Shown here: positions 27,102 to 34,839 of the stretch, one piece after another
Layout of the letters: the number at the start of each line of letters is the position of its first letter
Position numbering within the stretch: position 1 is the stretch's first letter
IMG/VR virus record: IMGVR_UViG_3300033076_000803
Span: 1 to 40,749 of that record
DNA from: a virus
Lineage: Duplodnaviria; Caudoviricetes
Length of the DNA stretch: 40,749 nucleotides
Reading direction: 5' to 3' (one strand)
Translations under genes and position numbers: made by a program
The notes under the pieces: model-generated
Seen by the model: the letters and a program-made list of their open reading frames with translations, nothing else
The model's database searches: none
Told to the model about the DNA's origin: nothing

Positions 27102-27835
27102 GGCACCCCCGCCACTTGTGCAGCTTCATTCTGCATGCCCAGTTCCTCAATTCTGTCTTTCCGCAACCCGATAAGCGTCTGGCCAGCTTCGCTATCAGGC
27201 GTGATGCCAAGCTTCTTGCGCTCTTCGGCCTGTTCAGCCCAGAGCGTCAGGACTTCGCTTGGATAGTCGCAACGGCCAAGCGCAAACTTGAATGTCTCGA
27301 CATAGGCAGCGATAGCTTTAGCGCTTGTGGCGGCGGGCTTCGGTGCATTATCCTGGCGTGGTGGGGCGGGTTGCGATTTAGCTTCGCGCTCCTCGGCTTT
27401 CAATTCGCTGACATACTTGCTGTCATCGTATCGGCCCATGAAAATATCACCCGCAAAGCCAATCATCGAAAGCGCCTTAACCAGCGCATCCGTCACGGAC
27501 TTTTTCGGCGCATCCTCATCCGTGAATGCCTGCCCGCTCTTGCGCGTGCCGCTGAATTGCGTGCCGCCGATATGCTCGACCTCGCCGCGCTTGCCGTTCC
27601 ATTCATACCAGACCTTCACGCGGGCAATGGACAAGCGTTCGCCGCCAGCGCCTTCCTCAATGCGCTCGTCAAGCACCGTGAAGCCCCAGCCAATGCCACA
27701 AGGGCCAAAGACCTCGGTTGCCTTCTGGATCAGGTAATACGGCTTCGGTGATGTGCCGCTGTAACTCTTGCCGGTAATAGCTTTCGTGTGTTCTGTAGGG
27801 GTCTTGCTGACCTTGTTCCAGATTTCCATGTTCAT
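27098..27835 (-). CDS. Single-strand annealing recombinase (Rad52/Sak-like)
   Basis: TEVFGPCGIGWG...DEDAPKKSVTDALVKALSMIGFAGDIFMG pattern. Confidence 0.75.
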   Translation of the reverse strand: MNMEIWNKVSKTPTEHTKAITGKSYSGTSPKPYYLIQKATEVFGPCGIGWGFTVLDERIEEGAGGERLSIARVKVWYEWNGKRGEVEHIGGTQFSGTRKSGQAFTDEDAPKKSVTDALVKALSMIGFAGDIFMGRYDDSKYVSELKAEEREAKSQPAPPRQDNAPKPAATSAKAIAAYVETFKFALGRCDYPSEVLTLWAEQAEERKKLGITPDSEAGQTLIGLRKDRIEELGMQNEAAQVAGVP

Positions 27836-28089
27836 GCTGCTTGTTCCTTCTTAGCTTTCCGCGCCTTAGCTTCGGCACGCGCTTGTGCAGCAGCGGCAAG
27901 CTTGGCGTGGCGTTCTGGCGTGTTGAGAGCGCTGTTAGCCCACTGCCGCGCTTCGGTTTCTGCTTCGGCATGGGTGTTGCCGGGAAACACAAGGCGCGAT
28001 TTGCCATCTTCTAGGACGACGCACTGGAAAGCCGGGCCATCGTCATTGTTGGCCTTGGCATAGACTGGAAAGCTGTATGTGGGTTCCAT
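27832..28089 (-). CDS. Hypothetical protein
   Basis: 85 aa, coupled to both neighbours. Confidence 0.55.
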   Translation of the reverse strand: MEPTYSFPVYAKANNDDGPAFQCVVLEDGKSRLVFPGNTHAEAETEARQWANSALNTPERHAKLAAAAQARAEAKARKAKKEQAA

Positions 28090-28592
28090 TACCTGACACT
28101 CACGATTTTCTGGCCAATAACGATGTTAGCGCCGGGGATTTCGTCGCCACGCTGCAACGCCTCAAGGATCGCCTTTTTGTCGGGCTCAACCTTGACCCGC
28201 TGGTATCCTTGGGGCGGGGTAAAATCCTCTGCCAAGTGCAGCGATTGCTTGCCGTCTGTGATGCTGATGGTCGCCTCCGGCAGCTTGCGGGAACGTAGCC
28301 CCGCCTCGGTCATGAGCAGCGTCATGATTGACTTGGCTGCATCCTGACGGCGCTCTGCTGACGTGATACGTGTCGCGTATCGGGCTTCAGCCTCAGCCTT
28401 TGCCGCCCGCGCGCCTGCCTCATCAAACTGCGCAACGCGGTAAGCCTTCACGACATGACGCAACAGCCCGTCCATGTCTGTTTCGGCTTCAAGCATATCT
28501 GCACGCAGGATTTCATCTGCGTCATGGTCGCCAAGCTGTTCACGGAGCAATTCGATTTGGGCGAGGATGCCTTTGATGATGGCGGGGTTCAT
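28089..28592 (-). CDS. Siphovirus Gp157-family protein
   Basis: Coiled coil then LPEATISI...KVEPDKKAILEALQRGDEIPGA; upstream of the recombinase. Confidence 0.85.
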   Translation of the reverse strand: MNPAIIKGILAQIELLREQLGDHDADEILRADMLEAETDMDGLLRHVVKAYRVAQFDEAGARAAKAEAEARYATRITSAERRQDAAKSIMTLLMTEAGLRSRKLPEATISITDGKQSLHLAEDFTPPQGYQRVKVEPDKKAILEALQRGDEIPGANIVIGQKIVSVR

Positions 28593-28798
28593 GTGGTTCC
28601 CTTACGTTCGGCTCGCTGGCGCAAAATTTCAGCCATGTTCGCAAAATCCCGACGCCTCCATCGGGCTATTGGCGCGCCAAATCTGCGGAAAACGATCCAA
28701 CCATGCTCATAAGTTACGTCATCGGTGTGTGGGGTTCCGTTGGCGGCAAGATATTGCGCCGCCCAATAGTCAATTTCCTTTTGAATTTCCGGGTTCAT
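28589..28798 (-). CDS. Hypothetical protein
   Basis: 69 aa, ATGA chain. Confidence 0.55.
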   Translation of the reverse strand: MNPEIQKEIDYWAAQYLAANGTPHTDDVTYEHGWIVFRRFGAPIARWRRRDFANMAEILRQRAERKGTT

Positions 28799-29019
28799 TG
28801 GCTCACCTTCGCAATCCGGCCAACGATGGCAGCCGCAGCAAAGCCAAACTCAGGAATACGACGGCGGAACTCGTCATCAGACAGCGTAAGAATATCAATC
28901 GCCGCATCTGTGAACGTATGCGTTGCAAGGTCTGTTTCGACCTCACGCGATGGTGAGAGCGCTGCAACGTTCAGTGGGTTGCGTGCGAATGCCAGCACGT
29001 CTTTGCGAGAGTATGTCAT
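28795..29019 (-). CDS. Hypothetical protein
   Basis: 74 aa, GAGG RBS, ATGA chain. Confidence 0.55.
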   Translation of the reverse strand: MTYSRKDVLAFARNPLNVAALSPSREVETDLATHTFTDAAIDILTLSDDEFRRRIPEFGFAAAAIVGRIAKVSQ

Positions 29020-29369
29020 GGCTTGGCCTCGTCCAATTTCACGCAGTAGGCGACGATTTGCGCCCCATCGGAACGCTCCCGCCAGTAGAAGCCGCTTGCT
29101 GTGCCGCCTGATATGCCGCCGCGAAATGTCTTCTCATCCCTGTCTCGTGCAGAAAGGATAAAGACCACTTCGCCAACGCGCGGACCCTCGTCCCCCGGCC
29201 TGTATTCAATCCACGGTCCAAATCCTTCTTGTTGCGGCGGATACCAAGGCTCATGCTGTTTGATGAAGTCGCGGAGGCGGTAATAGGCGCTGACCTTCGC
29301 TGAATCGTTGTCAGAAGTGAGCGGCAAAGTTGTAGTTGCCACTAGGTTCAAGTCATCCATCAGTCCCAT
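29016..29369 (-). CDS. Hypothetical protein
   Basis: 117 aa; GPWIEY...W...IVAY motif. Confidence 0.6.
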   Translation of the reverse strand: MGLMDDLNLVATTTLPLTSDNDSAKVSAYYRLRDFIKQHEPWYPPQQEGFGPWIEYRPGDEGPRVGEVVFILSARDRDEKTFRGGISGGTASGFYWRERSDGAQIVAYCVKLDEAKP

Positions 29370-29518
29370 TAGATCACCATCCTAGCCGCATCTTCTGCGG
29401 TCTCTGGCCGCGTATTGCGGCGGTTGATTTCACTGTGCTTTCCGCGTGTGTAGCCAAGTTCATATCCGGCCCACGAGGCTAGACAGAGGGCTACCGTGAG
29501 CATGATCAGTTCACTCAT
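29369..29518 (-). CDS. Small membrane protein (49 aa; not in the ORF track)
   Basis: MSELIMLTVALCLASWAGYELGYTRG...; ATGA and TAATG coupling. Confidence 0.6.
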   Translation of the reverse strand: MSELIMLTVALCLASWAGYELGYTRGKHSEINRRNTRPETAEDAARMVI

Positions 29519-29601
29519 GGCGTCACACTAATGATTGCAACCGCAACCGCGAGAAACAGGGTGAATACAAGCGTTTCCTTGGCGAATTGAAGGACGCTCA
29601 T
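29515..29601 (-). CDS. 28-aa single-TM peptide (not in the ORF track)
   Basis: MSVLQFAKETLVFTLFLAVAVAIISVTP; AAGGA upstream; ATGA overlaps at both ends. Confidence 0.55.
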   Translation of the reverse strand: MSVLQFAKETLVFTLFLAVAVAIISVTP

Positions 29602-29903
29602 GCTGCTGCATCCTTCATCAAGTCATAGCGGTAATCGGTGTCCACGATCATCTCGCGCCAATCGTCCGGCAGCAGTTCTTCGCTATCGGCCACGTTGACG
29701 ATGTATTCCGCGATGATCGGCCAAAGCGGGTGCGTTTCCGGCAGCGGCGCATCTTGGTAATGGCCGTGGATTGCCTCGACAGCGAGAATTTCGCCGTCCT
29801 CGTCAATCTCTACGTCTGCCTGCAAATCGTTCAGCTCAACCCACAAGCGCCCATTGGCTGACGTGATTGGGTAGTGGAAGTGTTGCGTGGTGATGACTGG
29901 CAT
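29598..29903 (-). CDS. Acidic hypothetical protein
   Basis: GGAGG RBS, MPVITTQHF... Confidence 0.6.
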   Translation of the reverse strand: MPVITTQHFHYPITSANGRLWVELNDLQADVEIDEDGEILAVEAIHGHYQDAPLPETHPLWPIIAEYIVNVADSEELLPDDWREMIVDTDYRYDLMKDAAA

Positions 29904-29904
29904 G

Positions 29905-30273
29905 TTAGCGGCCCTCCGCTTTCGCGATGGCGGCACTGGCGATTGCATCCACTTTTCGAATGTGGTCAAGAAAATGGCTTAGAACTTCTAATGCCTGCGC
30001 TGCGTCTTTCACGGCATAGCCGGAAATAGGGCTTCTGCATTCGCGCAGCGCCGCCAGCATGTCAGGCGCGGCGGCGATCAGGTGGGCGTTGGCCTGAAAC
30101 TCGCCCCAGTTCTCATTCATGAAGCAAATCGCCGATGGGCATTCTTCAGCCGCTAACGACTGGTCCAAATCGCTGACCGCGTAGATGCCGAAGCCCTCAA
30201 CGTCGATCATTTCGGCAACATCGTCGCAGTTCTTAACGACCCATGGTCCCGCTGTGTGCTTTGTCTGTTTCAT
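29905..30273 (-). CDS. First pL-operon protein (KHTxGPW...ANAHLIAAAPDML type)
   Basis: GGAG RBS; motif common in phage early proteins. Confidence 0.7.
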   Translation of the reverse strand: MKQTKHTAGPWVVKNCDDVAEMIDVEGFGIYAVSDLDQSLAAEECPSAICFMNENWGEFQANAHLIAAAPDMLAALRECRSPISGYAVKDAAQALEVLSHFLDHIRKVDAIASAAIAKAEGR

Positions 30274-30296
30274 GTCTGTCTCCGTGGTGTGGAGAC

Positions 30297-30348
30297 ATAT
30301 TACCCGTATTGGACAATTTGTCCAGCAGAGATTTGCCAATTTGTCCAA
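30297..30348 (-). promoter_or_regulatory. pL/oL: leftward early promoter with two repressor operators
   Basis: Perfect palindrome TGGACAATTTGTCCA (30310-30324), variant TTGCCAATTTGTCCA (30333-30347), candidate -10 TAATAT (30302-30297). Confidence 0.75.
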
Positions 30349-30362
30349 AAAAATTTGCGCAC

Positions 30363-30389
30363 AAAAAACCCCGCTCGCGGCGGGGCTTT
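30363..30389 (-). terminator. Intrinsic terminator of the cI-lipoprotein transcript
   Basis: - strand CCCCGC-CGCGA-GCGGGG-TTTTTT. Confidence 0.85.
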
Positions 30390-30410
30390 AATGATCCTGG
30401 CTAATTTATG

Positions 30411-30692
30411 TCACCAACAACTAGTCACGGTGCCGAATGTCTGGCAAGTGACGGACGCGGCTGCGGCTTCTCGTCGCCGTCTGGCGCTCTCACGCAACGA
30501 TATTTCCCGGCGCGCCTCGGACAGAACGCATGTCTTGTGCTCCTCGGTGCCGAATGGCAGGCCATACCCGACGCAGCGTTGCGAGATTTCCTGCGCTAGT
30601 TTTTTCTGGTCAGGATACGACATTTCATCAACCGTCTGCTGGCACCCGACAAGCAGGCCGCAAGCGGCAATCGCCATCATAACAGGCTTCAT
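30411..30692 (-). CDS. Lipoprotein co-transcribed with the repressor (candidate superinfection exclusion)
   Basis: MKPVMMAIAACGLLVGC lipobox; ATGA overlap with the repressor stop; C-terminal VTCQTFGTVTSCW. Confidence 0.75.
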   Translation of the reverse strand: MKPVMMAIAACGLLVGCQQTVDEMSYPDQKKLAQEISQRCVGYGLPFGTEEHKTCVLSEARREISLRESARRRREAAAASVTCQTFGTVTSCW

Positions 30693-30967
30693 GATGCCTT
30701 CTTTTGCTCGGCAGCCGGATATTTTACGCCGGGTGGCCGCCGTTTCCCCGTCACCATATAAAATATGTCTTCGTCGGCAATGATGCACAATCGCTCGACA
30801 AGATAGAGCGGCATCGGAGAGCGGACTTCATATTTCCGGTATCGGTCAGCGGGAATGCCAAGGGCGGTAGCCATTTGCTCAGCCGTCCAGCCCTTGCGCT
30901 CCCGTGCAGCACGCACGCGGGCGCAATACTCGTTGTTGAACAGCATTTCCTCGTTTGAATCGGCCAT
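30689..30967 (-). CDS. XRE-family HTH repressor (cI position; no S24 peptidase domain)
   Basis: RVRAARERKGWTAEQMATALGIPADRYRKYE; divergent from the cro-like gene. Confidence 0.85.
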   Translation of the reverse strand: MADSNEEMLFNNEYCARVRAARERKGWTAEQMATALGIPADRYRKYEVRSPMPLYLVERLCIIADEDIFYMVTGKRRPPGVKYPAAEQKKAS

Positions 30968-31015
30968 GCCAATTTTTTAACCGATGCCCCTCGCATTTTC
31001 ATTCGACATGATGGG

Positions 31016-31044
31016 TTGACAAAATTGGACAAATCGTCCAATTA
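31016..31044 (+). promoter_or_regulatory. pR/oR: rightward promoter with operator
   Basis: TTGACA at 31016; ATTGGAC-AAATC-GTCCAAT (31024-31042) shares half-sites with oL; spacing puts +1 near the ATG at 31051 and no RBS is present. Confidence 0.75.
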
Positions 31045-31050
31045 TAGGTC

Positions 31051-31272
31051 ATGGAAAACTCGTCGATCAAATGGGAAGCGGTGCTGCCGGTAGCTGAGAA
31101 GCTAGGCGTTGGCGTTTGGGCTCGGATCAAATGGCGGCAACGGGGTGCTATTCCTCCCCGCTGGCATCTGCCTTTGCTTGAAGCTTCGAACGGCACGCTA
31201 ACGGCTCGTGACATTCTGCCTGCGCCGGAAAGCAAGCTTCCCGCATGTTGGTCATCGCAAGGCGCTGACTGA
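31051..31272 (+). CDS. Cro-like HTH protein
   Basis: VAEKLGV.....KWRQRGAIPPRW...GTLT pattern; divergent from the repressor. Confidence 0.8.
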   Translation: MENSSIKWEAVLPVAEKLGVGVWARIKWRQRGAIPPRWHLPLLEASNGTLTARDILPAPESKLPACWSSQGAD

Positions 31273-31352
31273 TGTTTACCGTTCCTCCCTCCGCGTCACT
31301 CGTTGGCAACTTGACGCCCGTCGGTTTGCGCGTATCCCAAGCGCGGACGCCT

Positions 31353-31394
31353 AGCCCCTTGCTTTGCTCCGGTGGAGCAGGGGGCTTTTTTATT
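31353..31394 (+). terminator. tR1-like intrinsic terminator
   Basis: AGCCCCT...GCTCC-GGT-GGAGC-AGGGGGCT followed by TTTTTTATT. Confidence 0.75.
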
Positions 31395-31594
31395 CAGCTT
31401 GCAGGGCACGCCATGGCCCGATCCGCTGGTCTGACCGTCGCCAGTGCAAGAAAGACGGTCATTCAATTCTCGCAACACCAGTTCCGCCCATTCATGGAGC
31501 GGCTTGGTGGTGCTCTCGCATTCTTGCGCATCGCTCATGTTCCCTCGGTTGCAGTCTCGTCGCTGATGACAGGCAACCATAAGGGGCAGTCACG

Positions 31595-31987
31595 ATGCGT
31601 GACGAAATCGGAACAAAAGAAGACGGACAGGAAAAAATCGTGAGTATCGCACCGAGTATCAGCGCCCGCGATCTAGCGCGCGAATTCATCCACCAAGACG
31701 CGGCTTCCTGCGGCGGTGTGGAGCCTGCTAAGCGGGCTCTTGCTCGTCGGCTAGGGGTAGCGCCCGGCACGATCAAAAACATGGCTGGCGGTCGTTTAAA
31801 GCGCATCTGCGCTGACGTTTTTGCCCGCATGAAGGCTGAGCAAATCCGCCGTCTGAACATCTCGCTACAGAAGGCAGAGCATGAGCTTCAAGTTTCTCGC
31901 GCGTGTGGTGTGGACCCGCGTTCAATTGAGTTTCTGGCGTTGGAAGCTGCGGTTGAAGCGGCTCGCAAAGTGAGGGAAGGCGCATGA
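31595..31987 (+). CDS. HTH regulator at the cII position
   Basis: ALARRLGVAPGTIKNMAGGRLK; downstream of cro and tR1. Confidence 0.7.
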   Translation: MRDEIGTKEDGQEKIVSIAPSISARDLAREFIHQDAASCGGVEPAKRALARRLGVAPGTIKNMAGGRLKRICADVFARMKAEQIRRLNISLQKAEHELQVSRACGVDPRSIEFLALEAAVEAARKVREGA

Positions 31988-32613
31988 CCTGGGGTATCGC
32001 TACACAAGAACCAACAAGCGGCCACGAGGCATTGCAGCGTGTCTATGCTAATCACGCCAAGCGCCGGGCCATGTTTGCTTATAGGCCTGAACCAGTAGAG
32101 CCGCCACGGCCAAGCCGTGAACAGCTTTACGCTGATTATGTGGCCGAACAGCAGCGCCGCGACCGTGAAGCATGGGCGGCGTATATGTCGAAATGCATCG
32201 CCAAAGCGCGGGAAGACAAGGCCAAGGCGCAAGAGATTGTCATCGAACAGCCGCCGCTGTCATTCGATGATGAGCCAATCATCTTCGGCCCGCTGGATCA
32301 CATCAAGCTTCGCAAGCCATTACCCCGCGAAATGACAGCGCCCGGTTATCTGCGGCGCATTGTGGCATGGGTTGCAGACAGATACGGCTTCACGCCGGAA
32401 GAAATCTACGGCAAGCGCCGTTCGCCCGACATTGTTCGCGCTCGCCATCTGGCTATCCAGATGATTGCGCACTCGAAGCGCCTCAAGTGCATGTCGCTGC
32501 CTGAAATCGGCAGGCGCATGGGTGGCCGCGACCACACGACAATCCTTCACGCAGCGCGCAAGGCTCCGTCATATCGCAACGCTCGGAAGCCGAACCCATG
32601 GCAATGCCGATGA
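31984..32613 (+). CDS. Protein with DnaA C-terminal (domain IV, Bac_DnaA_C) DNA-binding domain
   Basis: EEIYGKRRSPDIVRARHLAI...SLPEIGRRMGGRDHTTILHA signature; no AAA+ motifs. Confidence 0.9.
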   Translation: MTWGIATQEPTSGHEALQRVYANHAKRRAMFAYRPEPVEPPRPSREQLYADYVAEQQRRDREAWAAYMSKCIAKAREDKAKAQEIVIEQPPLSFDDEPIIFGPLDHIKLRKPLPREMTAPGYLRRIVAWVADRYGFTPEEIYGKRRSPDIVRARHLAIQMIAHSKRLKCMSLPEIGRRMGGRDHTTILHAARKAPSYRNARKPNPWQCR

Positions 32614-32954
32614 AGCTGCCTGAAGCCTCCGAAATTCAAATCCAAGCCACCATCGTCGAATGGCTGCGGCGCTGTGTGAATTGCCGTGTTGCTGCCATTC
32701 CGAACGGCATGCGCACCAGCATCAGCGGGGCGATGAAAGCCCGCCGCGAAGGCATGTCAGCAGGCGCACCTGATCTAGTTGTGGCCTATTGTCATGAAGG
32801 TGAACCGCGCACGCTTTGGATCGAAGTGAAGGCAAAGCGCGGCACGCTCACAGAAGAACAGCAGCGCTGGCGTGAGGATTTGCTTGCGCTTGGCCATGAC
32901 CATCTCGTGGCGCGGTCTCTGGATTGTGTGATCAGCTATTTCGGTGACGCATGA
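32610..32954 (+). CDS. VRR-NUC domain nuclease
   Basis: SEIQIQ...AIPNG...GAPDL...IEVKAKRGTLTEEQ. Confidence 0.85.
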   Translation: MKLPEASEIQIQATIVEWLRRCVNCRVAAIPNGMRTSISGAMKARREGMSAGAPDLVVAYCHEGEPRTLWIEVKAKRGTLTEEQQRWREDLLALGHDHLVARSLDCVISYFGDA

Positions 32955-33661
32955 GCATCGCGGCGCTGGTTGAAACCCTCCTCTCGGCTGGTGTTGACCA
33001 CGCAACAATTGTTGCGGCGGTTAAGGCTGTTGAGCCAAGCGTTTCGGTTCCAGCGCGGTCATCTGCTGCTGAGCGTCAGGCTCGGTATCGTGAGCGGAAA
33101 GCGTCACAAAGCGTAACGGTGACGTCACAGGCGTCACAAAGCGTAACGCAAAAAGAAGGTTCCCAAACCCTCCAAGAAAAAAACCCCACTATCCCCAAAA
33201 ATACCCCTAAAGGGGTACAAAAAGGGGTTTCTCCCCGCAGTTTCGATCCTCGAAAAGCCCTTGCTGACCTCGGCTGTGAGGAAAAGCACATCACCGGCTG
33301 GCTTGAGGTTCGGAAAGCCAAGCGCGCCCCGCTGACCGAGGCTGCCCTTGATAGCCTGAAGCGGGAAGCCGACAGGGCCAACATTTCGGTTGCCTACGCC
33401 GTGCAGGTTTGCGCCGCCAAAGGCTGGCAATCGTTCGATGCAAACTGGAAATTTGAGCGGCCACCACCGGATGCGAATGCGACAGCCGGGCCAAAGCTGG
33501 TCTTCGTGATCGAAGGCAGCGAGCAATGGCAAGCGTGGTGTGATTACCGGCGCAAGATAGGGGCAAACCGGCCCTTCGTGACAGAAAACCGCGAGAACGG
33601 ATTTAAGCGCGGCAACTGGTTTCCAACAGAATATCCACCGAAAGAAGGGCTGAGGGTATGA
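32951..33661 (+). CDS. Putative replication initiator
   Basis: AERQARYRERK, internal repeats, W..VRKAKRAPLT...KGWQSF C-terminal domain; lambda O-like position. Confidence 0.7.
   Translation: MSIAALVETLLSAGVDHATIVAAVKAVEPSVSVPARSSAAERQARYRERKASQSVTVTSQASQSVTQKEGSQTLQEKNPTIPKNTPKGVQKGVSPRSFDPRKALADLGCEEKHITGWLEVRKAKRAPLTEAALDSLKREADRANISVAYAVQVCAAKGWQSFDANWKFERPPPDANATAGPKLVFVIEGSEQWQAWCDYRRKIGANRPFVTENRENGFKRGNWFPTEYPPKEGLRV
33101..33235 (+). repeat. Candidate replication origin: iteron-like repeats and an A-tract region
   Basis: GCGTCACAAAGCGTAACG at 33101 and 33131, partial CGTCACA at 33123, then A-runs and inverted repeat TACCCCT-AA-AGGGGTA (33202-33217). Confidence 0.55.
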
Positions 33662-33900
33662 CCCGCTACGATATCAAGACATGGCGCAAGAGCGCTTCCG
33701 GCAAGGCCTACACGATCCGCATTGGCTCGACGTGGACGGACAAGAACGGCGTGACGCGGCTGAATTTCGATGCGCTGCCGTTGCCGGACGAGAAGGGGCA
33801 GGTGTCGTGTTTTCTGGAAGCCCCCCGTGAGCGTGGCGATGATGCGCCAAAGCAAGGCGCTGCCAAGCATGACGACATTGACGACGATATCCCATTTTGA
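33658..33900 (+). CDS. Small SSB-like protein
   Basis: Compact beta domain (RIGSTW...LNFDALP) with acidic DDIDDDIPF tail. Confidence 0.7.
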   Translation: MTRYDIKTWRKSASGKAYTIRIGSTWTDKNGVTRLNFDALPLPDEKGQVSCFLEAPRERGDDAPKQGAAKHDDIDDDIPF

Positions 33901-33910
33901 GGGCTAAGCC

Positions 33911-34081
33911 ATGACAGACCGCAAGCCTGATTACGTGTTCGTCGTCTTTGCAAAAGACCCGTCGGCTCATCTAGAGCGGTTGCCGTGGAAAGCCAGCGCT
34001 TGGAGAATGGCAAACCAGCTTGTAAGGCGCGACCATCAAGTCACCCATCGAATTCGCGTGTTCATGAAGGATAAGCGCTAA
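33911..34081 (+). CDS. Hypothetical protein (56 aa; not in the ORF track)
   Basis: GAGGG RBS; MTDRKPDYVFVVF...; TAATG coupling. Confidence 0.55.
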   Translation: MTDRKPDYVFVVFAKDPSAHLERLPWKASAWRMANQLVRRDHQVTHRIRVFMKDKR

Positions 34082-34260
34082 TGGCTGCCATCGTTGCGGG
34101 GATAGTTCTTTTTTGCATGGGCATCATCGGCGTTTTTGTTTCTGGTAGCCTCGTGGGAGCGGCGATGCGGGAAGATAATCGCAGGGCAGGATATCAAGCC
34201 ATATACTGGGGTCTGTTTTTTACCGCCCTCGTCGTCTTGGCTCACTGGGTGGCAAAATGA
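34081..34260 (+). CDS. Two-TM small membrane protein (59 aa; not in the ORF track)
   Basis: MAAIVAGIVLFCMGIIGVFVSG...AIYWGLFFTALVVLAHW; coupled at both ends. Confidence 0.6.
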   Translation: MAAIVAGIVLFCMGIIGVFVSGSLVGAAMREDNRRAGYQAIYWGLFFTALVVLAHWVAK

Positions 34261-34784
34261 CAGTCATCACCATCCTGCCACCACGCCGCGAACGCAACGG
34301 ACGCAAACAACGGCCAACAACCAAGGCTGATATTGAAGCTGCCCAACGCGCTCGTGAGGAAGCCGAAAAGGCTACCGTGCTTGCACAACCTCACCGCAGG
34401 GGCAACACTGACCAGCGCTGTGAGAACAACGCTGGTCGCTACATGATGCACCTACAGCAGCATTCTTCATGGCAGCCGCAATGCCAGGATGCCTATGACG
34501 AGTTGCGGGGCATCGTGCGACGGTGGCGCAATCTCAAGGGGCTCCCCGATCCTGAGACAAGCCGGTATCGTGAGGGCGGGGCTGGTGATGTTGACGAGGC
34601 TTTGCTGAACCGTCTGCATGGCCGCTGGCAAGATGCGATCCATCATGTGTTCAACATGGCGGGTGATCAGGAGGGGACAATCGTGCAGTCATTGTGCGAG
34701 AACTACAAAGCCCCGCCTCCGCATAATGAACGCAAGGCAATTCGCGGGCTTGTGAGTTTGGCAAGACATTTCGGAATGTTGTGA
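34257..34784 (+). CDS. Putative late-gene regulator (Q position)
   Basis: Last early-right gene before the late non-coding region; RERNGRKQR...VLAQPHRRG...GLVSLARHFG; function from synteny only. Confidence 0.55.
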   Translation: MTVITILPPRRERNGRKQRPTTKADIEAAQRAREEAEKATVLAQPHRRGNTDQRCENNAGRYMMHLQQHSSWQPQCQDAYDELRGIVRRWRNLKGLPDPETSRYREGGAGDVDEALLNRLHGRWQDAIHHVFNMAGDQEGTIVQSLCENYKAPPPHNERKAIRGLVSLARHFGML

Positions 34785-34800
34785 ATAACTGGCATGACGC

Positions 34801-34829
34801 TTGCAACGCGCGAGAGAGTGTGATTGATT
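34801..34829 (+). promoter_or_regulatory. Candidate late promoter
   Basis: TTGCAA-17 bp-TTGATT just after the Q-position gene; weak -10. Confidence 0.4.
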
Positions 34830-34839
34830 GTCAGTTAGC

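Noticed and set aside
31272-31643. ORFs 31272-31643 (+) and 31296-31580 (-) between cro and the cII-like gene
   Set aside because: Both cross the terminator hairpin and lack motifs; a short antisense ORF or RNA cannot be excluded
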